DNA of 64,000 nucleotides from a virus. Positions 9,413 to 16,749 of this stretch are shown here, in pieces. The number at the start of each line of letters is the position of its first letter. Positions within the stretch are counted from its first letter, which is position 1. The translations under genes were made by a program, and so were the position numbers. The notes below the pieces were generated by a model. It had not been told where the DNA came from and searched no databases. It saw nothing but the letters and a program-made list of their open reading frames with translations. Location of the stretch: the IMG/VR virus record IMGVR_UViG_3300036791_000462, positions 32,001 to 96,000 of that record; one strand, written 5' to 3'.

Positions 9413-9577
9413 CTATCCGTCAGGCGGATTGCGTTCCTCCCAGGCTCGCATCAGGAGCGCGACGCCAAGGACTGCAAGGATGGCGGTGAACTCCCACGCC
9501 TTGCGTGTCGCGAAGATCCCGGCGAGCAGCAGGCTCGGGATCGACAGGACCAGCCAGAGAAGCGATCTACGTCGCAC
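9413..9577 (-). CDS. Small two-TM membrane protein
   Basis: Manual translation MRRRSLLWLVLSIPSLLLAGIF...ILAVLGVALLMRAWEERNPPDG*. Confidence 0.45.
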   Translation of the reverse strand: MRRRSLLWLVLSIPSLLLAGIFATRKAWEFTAILAVLGVALLMRAWEERNPPDG

Positions 9578-9634
9578 TCACGCCTCGCGGGGTCTAACCC
9601 AGATGATGCACGCGCGCATCATTTGCGGTTCTAA

Positions 9635-10024
9635 TCAGATGGTGCCGAGTCCGCGCGTGAAGTCCGGGAGCGGACGTTTGGTCAAGCAGTGCCAGGCGTG
9701 CGCGACCTCGGCGATGTTGACGTGTTCCTCCATCGGGGGGATCACGACGATCCCGAGCGCGTTCGGGCCGCAGACCTCGTGGAACACGTCGCGCGTCTGT
9801 TCCCACGTCGGCATCTTGTCATCGTCGCGGGATAGCGACACGTGCTCCCAGACCTCGCCGTCCTGCTCGACCGCGATGGAGTGGATCAGGTGCAGCCTGC
9901 GCGGCCCGTGTCGCCACGCACCGAGCCCGTCCCCGCCCTTGGTGACCTGCTTCCAGCGGTTGCGCTGCAGGTGTGCGCTGGCTGCCCGCAGGCGATCCTG
10001 CAGCGCGGCGACATCGACCATCAC
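9635..10024 (-). CDS. Conserved phage hypothetical protein
   Basis: WEHVSLS...PTWEQ...EHVN...HAW pattern common in phages. Confidence 0.6.
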   Translation of the reverse strand: MMVDVAALQDRLRAASAHLQRNRWKQVTKGGDGLGAWRHGPRRLHLIHSIAVEQDGEVWEHVSLSRDDDKMPTWEQTRDVFHEVCGPNALGIVVIPPMEEHVNIAEVAHAWHCLTKRPLPDFTRGLGTI

Positions 10025-10488
10025 CGCACCCTCATCGAGCGTTGCCACTGCCTCCGCAGGGCGTTGCGGATCTCCGGGGCGGTCGCGCTTCCGGCGTCAC
10101 CCAGTTCGCGAGTCAGCCGCAGACGCTGCGCGGGGTTCAGCTTTGAGAGCGCGTTCTCGACGGTCTTCGACAGGTCCGGATTGTCGAGCAGCGCGTTGCC
10201 CATCGCCGTCAACCGCCACCGTTGCGTCCACACCCACGTCCCGTCAGTCTGCTCGATCCGCTCGCGCTCACCGCGTTCGATCCACCCGTACCGGCGCAGC
10301 CACGCGAGGCGCGGGCCGACGCCGGACTTGCGGTCTGACTGGTCCATCTTCTCGCCCAGTTGGACGCGCACGGCGTAGGTCGAGGTCCACCCGTTCTCGT
10401 CAGCGAGGTCGTCCAGGATTCCGAGGATCTCGGAGTCGGAGATCCCGAATAGGCTCGCGTCAACGCGACCGTTTCGTGAGGCGCTCAT
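10021..10488 (-). CDS. Winged-helix DNA-binding protein
   Basis: VGPRLAWLRRYGWIER...WRLTAMG. Confidence 0.55.
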   Translation of the reverse strand: MSASRNGRVDASLFGISDSEILGILDDLADENGWTSTYAVRVQLGEKMDQSDRKSGVGPRLAWLRRYGWIERGERERIEQTDGTWVWTQRWRLTAMGNALLDNPDLSKTVENALSKLNPAQRLRLTRELGDAGSATAPEIRNALRRQWQRSMRVR

Positions 10489-10988
10489 GCGTTCAGAGCC
10501 TCACGGGTCAGGCGGTAGAACTTCGAGTTGCCCTCGATCCGGGATACGCGCAGCACGTTGCGCTGGCGAAGCTCCTCGAACGCGAGCGCGCTCATCCCGG
10601 AGGTCATCGTCCCGCCGGACGGCAACTGGCTGTACGCGGCCCGGAGGTCAACCTGGCGGAACTCCTCGTGGTCGGCGGCGTACTCGCGGACCAGCGTTTC
10701 GATCTCACCGATGCGTTCCTCGCTCAGCTTCGACGGCTTCGTGCGCTCGCCCGACTGGCCTTGCTTCGGCCTCCCGGCTTTCTTCGGCTCCCCGGTGAGC
10801 GCTGCCAGCGCTTTCTCGTAGGTGCGTAGCTCGGTGACGATCTTGTCGCGCACGAGGTCGTGTTTCGCGAGCGCGTTCTCCCGGTCGGTGACCAGCGCGT
10901 GTAGTTGCAAAGCGATCTCGCTCGCCTGCGGCAGCGCGGGAGCGTCGCCGTTCTCATCGGACATCTGGGGTTCCTCTCGGTCGGGCAT
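10485..10988 (-). CDS. Coiled-coil + winged-helix protein
   Basis: N-terminal coiled coil, GRPK AT-hook-like motif, FEELRQRNVLRV...YRLT. Confidence 0.5.
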   Translation of the reverse strand: MPDREEPQMSDENGDAPALPQASEIALQLHALVTDRENALAKHDLVRDKIVTELRTYEKALAALTGEPKKAGRPKQGQSGERTKPSKLSEERIGEIETLVREYAADHEEFRQVDLRAAYSQLPSGGTMTSGMSALAFEELRQRNVLRVSRIEGNSKFYRLTREALNA

Positions 10989-11022
10989 ACAGACACTCGC
11001 GAGTATAAACGCCCGACGTGAG

Positions 11023-11772
11023 CTACGCGGTCCTGCGTGTCAGCGCGTCGGACCCGATTCGCAGCAGCCGCTCCCTGACGTTCCCGGCGAGGATCACGAC
11101 ACGCTTGGCGTCGAAGTCCGCAGCGAACACCTCGGGCACCAGTTCGCGCAGCCGCGCCGGGCTGCCGTCGTACTCGTCGCCCGCGAGATCCTCCACGATG
11201 GCCTGAGCGCTCGTGTGCGGCCCCGTGCCGCCGTAGCCGAACTCGAACTGGCCGTCTTCGCCGGGCGCGAGGTCGCGGCGCTCACCGTCGGCGTCAACGT
11301 GGTACAGCCGTACCTCGGTTTGCTTGGGTCCGTCGGCGTTGAACTTCTCGGCCTGCTCGCGCTCCCAACCGTACACGTTCACCCACCGCTCGACGGTGAT
11401 CGGCTCGCGGACGATCTCGAAGTGCTCACCGAGGGGTTTCAGCCAACCGGCGGCGTACACGTACCCGTATGACGCCTGGGTCGAGCCGACGATGATCCCC
11501 TGCTCATCCTCGTAGAGCACCAGTTCCTGATCGAAGTCCTGCCGAAACATCCAGTAGTTCTCGCCGAGCCACTCGCGCATCTTCGCGATAGCGCCGGTGC
11601 CCTCCGGTGAGCCGTTCAGCCACGCGACCAACTTGCTCTTGGCCTCGTCGTTCTCGGCGACGAGATCCTGACGGTCCCAGACGAGGTCGCTCGGGGCGAT
11701 CAGCCGCGCGCCCCACGCCGTTTTGATGTCTTTCGGAACGCCGGTCCGGCGTCCGTAGGCCAGGTCATCCAT
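11023..11772 (-). CDS. Hypothetical protein
   Basis: Follows promoter repeat; FEFGYGGTGP motif. Confidence 0.6.
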   Translation of the reverse strand: MDDLAYGRRTGVPKDIKTAWGARLIAPSDLVWDRQDLVAENDEAKSKLVAWLNGSPEGTGAIAKMREWLGENYWMFRQDFDQELVLYEDEQGIIVGSTQASYGYVYAAGWLKPLGEHFEIVREPITVERWVNVYGWEREQAEKFNADGPKQTEVRLYHVDADGERRDLAPGEDGQFEFGYGGTGPHTSAQAIVEDLAGDEYDGSPARLRELVPEVFAADFDAKRVVILAGNVRERLLRIGSDALTRRTA

Positions 11773-11777
11773 GCTTC

Positions 11778-11825
11778 CTCCTCGGTCGTTTCTCTACATC
11801 CAGCTTAGCACACAACGCGCGTTAG
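11778..11825 (-). promoter_or_regulatory. Repeated promoter cassette
   Basis: TAACGCGCGTTGTGTGCTAAGCT...GACCGAGGAGG. Confidence 0.8.
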
Positions 11826-12091
11826 AAGCAGGTGTCGCAGGTGCAGTGTGGCTGCTTGCCGCTTCTGCAGGTCGCCATCGCTTTGTGCCTCGGCATGAAC
11901 GGGTCGAGCAGCGGGTGCTCAACGATCTCGCGACACTGCTCGCAGTTGGGGTCGTAGATGCCGAGCTTCTCCCAGCGCGCGAGGCGCTCCTCGCGGGTTT
12001 CGCTGGCCCCGAACGGCGAGATCGCGAACACGGTCTGGTTGCCGTTCTCGTCAAAGCGCTCGACGCTGCGGTCAATCAGCGGTTGTCCCAT
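11822..12091 (-). CDS. Small Cys/His-rich protein
   Basis: CEQC...HCTCDTCF; CAGGAGG RBS. Confidence 0.55.
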   Translation of the reverse strand: MGQPLIDRSVERFDENGNQTVFAISPFGASETREERLARWEKLGIYDPNCEQCREIVEHPLLDPFMPRHKAMATCRSGKQPHCTCDTCF

Positions 12092-12450
12092 CAGTCCTGC
12101 CACCTCCTGGTTCCGGCTTCCTCGAACTCCTCGCGGGTGATCTCCTGCACCTCGGCGAGCGGCACGAACCCCGGCTCGCCACGCGGCTCCATCACCGAGT
12201 AGCACCACGCACAGAAGCTCTCGCGCATCGACCAGGCGTAGCGGGCGGAGTCGGCATCCTCGCCGTACAGACGGATGCTGTACCCGTAGATCGTGATCGC
12301 CTTGGCGGGTGCCATCGAGACGTACACGATCCCGTCGCGCTCGAACGGCTCCTGCGGGTTGCCGCCCCAGCGGCGTTTGAAGTAGAGCGGCTGGCCGTCG
12401 AGCGCGAACGGCGCGTCCGGCTCGGCCTGGTAGTCGAAGGTCGTGCTCAT
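12091..12450 (-). CDS. Hypothetical protein
   Basis: Translationally coupled ORF. Confidence 0.55.
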   Translation of the reverse strand: MSTTFDYQAEPDAPFALDGQPLYFKRRWGGNPQEPFERDGIVYVSMAPAKAITIYGYSIRLYGEDADSARYAWSMRESFCAWCYSVMEPRGEPGFVPLAEVQEITREEFEEAGTRRWQD

Positions 12451-12683
12451 GCGTTCGCGAGATCGTCGTGCATCCGCCCGATCTCGGTCGCCCGGCGGAT
12501 CTCGCGCAGGTCCGCCTGATCCTCCAGGTAGCGGGCGTTGAGTCGCATCGCGGCGATCTCCGCGTCAGCGAGCGACGGGTAGGTCTTCGCGTTCTGGGTG
12601 CTGTTCGGGTAGCGCTGGTCGATCACCTTGAAAAACGGCGTGTTCAGCGCGTAGGTGGTGGTCGCCTCGTATGGCAGGTTCAT
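12447..12683 (-). CDS. Hypothetical protein
   Basis: GACCGAGGAG RBS. Confidence 0.55.
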   Translation of the reverse strand: MNLPYEATTTYALNTPFFKVIDQRYPNSTQNAKTYPSLADAEIAAMRLNARYLEDQADLREIRRATEIGRMHDDLANA

Positions 12684-13088
12684 CTAGCCCTCCTCGGTCG
12701 TGGTTTGCAGCCGGTCGATCAGCGCGTCGATCCGCGCGTCCATGAGATCGCCCAACGTGGGATCCCTGTAGCGCCACGTGGCGAGATCGAAGTCGAAGTC
12801 GTAGAAGGCGATCAGCGCCCGCTGCGCACGGTCAAGACGCTGGAACGCTCGGGTCGCGTGCGACCGGTTCGCGGGGCTGCGCCCGTCCTTGACCGCCACC
12901 ACCTGGAACGTCGCGTCGGCTTCGAGCACCGTGCGCACGAGCGCTAGCTCGCGCCGGTAGAGCTTCGCGTCGTCACCGTCGGCGCGGAACATCCGGCGCT
13001 GCTCGGCGGCGATCAGCTTGACCTTCGACTGCTGCTCGGCGCTGTACGCGCGAGCCCAGGCGACCTTGCGTTTCATCAGCTTGCTCAC
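12684..13088 (-). CDS. Hypothetical protein
   Basis: Coupled ORF. Confidence 0.55.
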   Translation of the reverse strand: MSKLMKRKVAWARAYSAEQQSKVKLIAAEQRRMFRADGDDAKLYRRELALVRTVLEADATFQVVAVKDGRSPANRSHATRAFQRLDRAQRALIAFYDFDFDLATWRYRDPTLGDLMDARIDALIDRLQTTTEEG

Positions 13089-13264
13089 GCGGCGGTCTGC
13101 TCCTCGTAGAACCCCTGCGCGCGCTCCTGTGTGGAGAAGCGGTGAACCTGGATCGCCGCGCCCTGCTTGATCGTCACGATCCAGTCGGGCGTCCGTTTGG
13201 TGGTCGCGGTTCGGTGGTCGATGTACGGAGCGGTGACGGTCCGCTCAGAAGTGGTGCTCATCAT
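13085..13264 (-). CDS. Small hypothetical protein
   Basis: Not in track; MMSTTSERTV...YEEQTAA* after promoter-repeat RBS. Confidence 0.55.
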   Translation of the reverse strand: MMSTTSERTVTAPYIDHRTATTKRTPDWIVTIKQGAAIQVHRFSTQERAQGFYEEQTAA

Positions 13265-13266
13265 GG

Positions 13267-13325
13267 CTCCTCGGTCGGTGCGGCCTCATCACCGCACCTA
13301 CATCATAACACACGATGCGTGTTAG
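13267..13325 (-). promoter_or_regulatory. Repeated promoter cassette
   Basis: TAACACGCATCGTGTGTTATGAT GTAGGTGCGG..CCGCACC GACCGAGGAG. Confidence 0.85.
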
Positions 13326-13585
13326 GACAAGTCCGCCATGCAGGTCGAGAGCATCTCGCGCACGATGTCGCGCTGCTCGTCACGATCCAACCCCACCCAG
13401 GCGTACAACCAGAGCGCGCTCTTGGCCTCGGCGTGCAGCCGCGTCTGCTCGATCCGATCCTCGATGGTGCCGAACTCGATCCCCTCGGCGAGCATCACGT
13501 CGATGTGCTCAGGGTCCATTGCAGGCGCAGTCTCGCACCTCCCAACCCTGAAAACTAGAGCGTCTGACGTGAGCTTTCCTCGCAA

Positions 13586-14011
13586 TTAGCGGGATTCGGC
13601 AAGCTCGCGCGTCTCGATCCCCTCGCGCTCGATCAGCGACTTCGCGAACGAGATCGCCTGGCGCGCTCTGTTGCGCCGGAAGCAGTAGCTCTCCGCCCCC
13701 TCCAACTCATCGCAGTCGAGCCAGCCGGTGAACACGTCGCTGCCCATCCACTCCTCGATCTGCTCGTCGGTCGTGAGCCCGTTGATGTCGAGCGCCCGGC
13801 CGTCCGGCAGGGCGACGTAGACGTGGTCAAGCTCGCCGTCGCGCCAGGCTCCCATCAGTTCCGCGCCGGGGATCAGTTCGCACAGCGCGAGCGCAAGGCT
13901 GTGGCAGTGGCCGCGTGAGAACACGTCATGCGCGTTCTCGTCCAGGACGCCGGGTTCAAGCTCAATCTCTGTGTCGCGCCCGAACCATCCGTTGTAGGTC
14001 CAGGTGGACAA
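13586..14011 (-). CDS. Papain/transglutaminase-like Cys-His-Asp protein
   Basis: GHCHSLALAL...DHVYV...ALDING. Confidence 0.55.
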   Translation of the reverse strand: MSTWTYNGWFGRDTEIELEPGVLDENAHDVFSRGHCHSLALALCELIPGAELMGAWRDGELDHVYVALPDGRALDINGLTTDEQIEEWMGSDVFTGWLDCDELEGAESYCFRRNRARQAISFAKSLIEREGIETRELAESR

Positions 14012-14018
14012 TTTCTAC

Positions 14019-14080
14019 CTCCTCGGTCGGTTGGAGGGGGAGCGTTTCCCACTAACATCCTAGCACAAAACGTGCGCTAG
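14019..14080 (-). promoter_or_regulatory. Repeated promoter cassette
   Basis: TAGCGCACGTTTTGTGCTAGGAT...GACCGAGGAGG. Confidence 0.8.
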
Positions 14081-14513
14081 CGGAAACTATTCATGCTTGA
14101 ATAGTTTGCTGCAGCTACGAGAAGCGGCCGTTGACCAGAACCAAGCAGATCGCGTACGTCGCAAAGACGCAGAGGAAGTACAGGAAGGTGCGGCTGGTCA
14201 AACCGCCCGGATGGTACGGCTCAGGCTCGGCAGAGCCCCAGATACGTTGCCGCCGCCGCGATCACGGTCGGCAACCCGATCCAGAAGATCAGCGGGTCCA
14301 CCGTCACCGCGAGAATCGAGAGGATCGGAACGGCGACCCAGCGCGCGAGCCCCCACACGGCGCGAGCCTCGGCTCCGTGGTCGCGCAGGCGTTCGGCCAG
14401 TTCCTGCGGCCCCGGTTCTGGGGCGCGCAGACGTTGGCGTTCGGCCTGCTCCTCCAGACGCCGCCGTTCGGCTCTGCGCCCGCTCGCTCTGCCGAGTAGG
14501 AGCCAGCCAAGCA

Positions 14514-14813
14514 TCAGCGGGAGGGCACCTCGCCGTCGAGCGGCACCCCGAAGCGCTGCAGGATGACCATCACGCCCCACAGCACCTTCAGCAGGTCAAC
14601 CTCAGCGTCCGCGACAGGCCCAACGGCGGTGTAGTCACCAGTCGAGGCCTCCAGGTCGTACGCGCGTTTCCACGCTCTCGCGAACGTGTTGTCGTCCATG
14701 TGCGCAAGCGCGCTCGACACGTCCTTGCCTCGGTACTCGCACTCGGCGCAGTGGTCGTGAAGGATCTGCCGGGCGTCGAACCCGTCGAGCCCGTCGTGGT
14801 AGCTATGCGTCAC
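14514..14813 (-). CDS. Hypothetical protein
   Basis: GACCGAGGGGAG RBS; coupled ORF. Confidence 0.55.
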   Translation of the reverse strand: MTHSYHDGLDGFDARQILHDHCAECEYRGKDVSSALAHMDDNTFARAWKRAYDLEASTGDYTAVGPVADAEVDLLKVLWGVMVILQRFGVPLDGEVPSR

Positions 14814-15210
14814 GGTTCTCCCCCTCGGTCGGCTTGTCGGGAAAACGCTGCAAATACTGCGGCGAAGCGATCAGCTTCGCCCCCTGGTTCAGCACCTCGG
14901 TAACGGAATGCCACGAGTCGTACAGGTACACGGGAACGTCCACCGTCAGCGCTTCGCCGAGCCCCAGCGTCAGCGCATCGTCACCGAGATCAACCTTCAA
15001 CTGCTTGGTGAACCACAGGTGCGCAGCGCAGCGGTAGAGCGGGTCATCGCGCATCAGATTCTGGGCCAGGATCCGAAAGACGGCGATGCCCTTCGGGTCA
15101 AGCTGAGGGATCACCTCCAGCGGAAGCTGCTTCTCGTAGCCGTGCTCTCTGCCCAGCGCGTACACCGTGAACACGCCCTGCAGATCGACTGCTTTGGCGT
15201 CGTCAAGCAC
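14803..15210 (-). CDS. Hypothetical protein
   Basis: Likely GTG start overlapping upstream stop. Confidence 0.5.
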   Translation of the reverse strand: MLDDAKAVDLQGVFTVYALGREHGYEKQLPLEVIPQLDPKGIAVFRILAQNLMRDDPLYRCAAHLWFTKQLKVDLGDDALTLGLGEALTVDVPVYLYDSWHSVTEVLNQGAKLIASPQYLQRFPDKPTEGENRDA

Positions 15211-15643
15211 GTGGCGTCCTGTCCGGCATGCGCTGGATGAACTCGCGCTCGCGCAGCGCCGGGTAGATGCTCGGCGCGTGCTCGCGCCTGCCGTTGCGCC
15301 GCCCATCCTCGTAGGCGGGCGAGCGGTCAAACTCGGGGTCGTCGCTGTGACGCTGGTAGAGCTTGGTCGCGAACTCTGGGGCACCGAACGCGAGCGTCAA
15401 CGCTGGCTGGTCGCGCGTGAAGTTCTCCAGCGCGTCAGCCATCCCGTCAGCGAACCCCTGCCCGTACGGGATCAGGTCTTCGTTCAGCAGCGGATCGTTG
15501 GGGTGGGGTTCGCGCTGCTGCTGGTAGCGCATCGCGGCGAACGCGGCGTTTGGTGCGGTGTAGCCAAGCTGCAGCTTCTCGCGGTCGCCGCGCATCAGCG
15601 CAGCGGTCGTTTCGCGCAGCGACATCTCATACGGTTCAGCCAT
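15203..15643 (-). CDS. Hypothetical protein
   Basis: ATG after GACCGAGGAG and a degenerate promoter repeat at 15650-15692. Confidence 0.55.
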   Translation of the reverse strand: MAEPYEMSLRETTAALMRGDREKLQLGYTAPNAAFAAMRYQQQREPHPNDPLLNEDLIPYGQGFADGMADALENFTRDQPALTLAFGAPEFATKLYQRHSDDPEFDRSPAYEDGRRNGRREHAPSIYPALREREFIQRMPDRTPRA

Positions 15644-15689
15644 CCGGCTCTCCTCGGTCGGGTAGACCAAGGGTAGCACACGACAGGAG

Positions 15690-15977
15690 CTACGGGAAAC
15701 GCATGTCGCTGTGATGCTTGGTGCTTGACCGACGCGCCGTGAGCCTCACCTCGAAGATCACCAAGGCGCTCATGTCCACCACCCACACCCGGCCCTCGTA
15801 CGCGGCGCGGTACGCGGGCTCTGCCCACTGGATCGTACGCTTCCACTCGTGGCGCTCATCGCGGTCATGCGGCCAGCGGATCCGGGCGACCGCCCACGGC
15901 CACACCCGGCTCCAGTCGGTAATCCCCTGCATCTTCTTGCGGCCCAGCAGCACACGAATCTGCTCCGCCGGGGTCAT
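15690..15977 (-). CDS. Hypothetical Trp-rich protein
   Basis: MTPAEQIRV... portion of ORF 15690..16247. Confidence 0.45.
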   Translation of the reverse strand: MTPAEQIRVLLGRKKMQGITDWSRVWPWAVARIRWPHDRDERHEWKRTIQWAEPAYRAAYEGRVWVVDMSALVIFEVRLTARRSSTKHHSDMRFP

Positions 15978-16017
15978 CGCCCGACCCGTGAACTCGTCGG
16001 GATGCCCGCGCGGCAGA

Positions 16018-16749
16018 CTAGCCTGCAGCGGCTCCAGTATCGCCCCCACTTCCTCCGGTCCTTTCATCGTCGGACTGCAAGTCACGCGGAACCCCGAAGT
16101 CGGCAGCCAGTTGCGGGTCGATGGGAGGTGCCCCTTGATCCCACCCCGGCGGCGGTGTCCACGTTTGCTTGCCCGCACCCTTGCGATAGCGCAGCGGTTC
16201 CGGGGAGCCCGCCTCGAACGGCACGTCGATTCGCATCCCGGCGTCACGAATCTGCGTTTCGGTCATCCCCCCGGCCGGTAGCTCACTGGCCTGCGGGGGG
16301 TTCGGCAGGTCGCTGCTTGAGTCCGCTTCGCTCAACTGGTTCAAGTCCTGCAGCCACTGCGGGTCGTCGCCCGCGAAGTCCTCGTCCACCGGTCCTTCGG
16401 GCTCGGCGACGCCCTGCACCGGCTCGGTCAGACGGTGCCTGCCGCCGACCATCCCGGCGATCTCCTCGGCGCTGGACGGCCACAGGTCATCCTGCGCCTG
16501 GGGGTTGGTCATCCACCCGTTGTCGTTCTCAGAGAACGTGTCGCCGTCACCCGGTCCTGTCTGGCGGTACGGTGTCGTCCCGTCACGCAGCCAGTAGGTG
16601 TAGTCGCCGCCTTCGTAGTCCGATCTTGGTGGTCCCGGCAGCGGGCGTTGCGGCAGTGTTTGCGACGGGTCCGTTTCGCGGTTGACCGTCCCGCCTGGAT
16701 CGACTGGTGCGAGCGGGTCGCGGGCCTCGTCCAACTCGTCGGCCATCAC
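16018..16749 (-). CDS. Acidic low-complexity protein coupled to Zeta/RelA gene
   Basis: GTGA overlap; Asp/Glu/Pro-rich; LSEA site. Confidence 0.6.
   Translation of the reverse strand: MMADELDEARDPLAPVDPGGTVNRETDPSQTLPQRPLPGPPRSDYEGGDYTYWLRDGTTPYRQTGPGDGDTFSENDNGWMTNPQAQDDLWPSSAEEIAGMVGGRHRLTEPVQGVAEPEGPVDEDFAGDDPQWLQDLNQLSEADSSSDLPNPPQASELPAGGMTETQIRDAGMRIDVPFEAGSPEPLRYRKGAGKQTWTPPPGWDQGAPPIDPQLAADFGVPRDLQSDDERTGGSGGDTGAAAG

Noticed and set aside
9294-10829. Long plus-strand ORFs (also 16707..17798, 42671..43684, 57078..58046, 62372..63757)
   Set aside because: Antisense shadows of well-supported minus-strand genes in GC-rich DNA; no motifs or RBS
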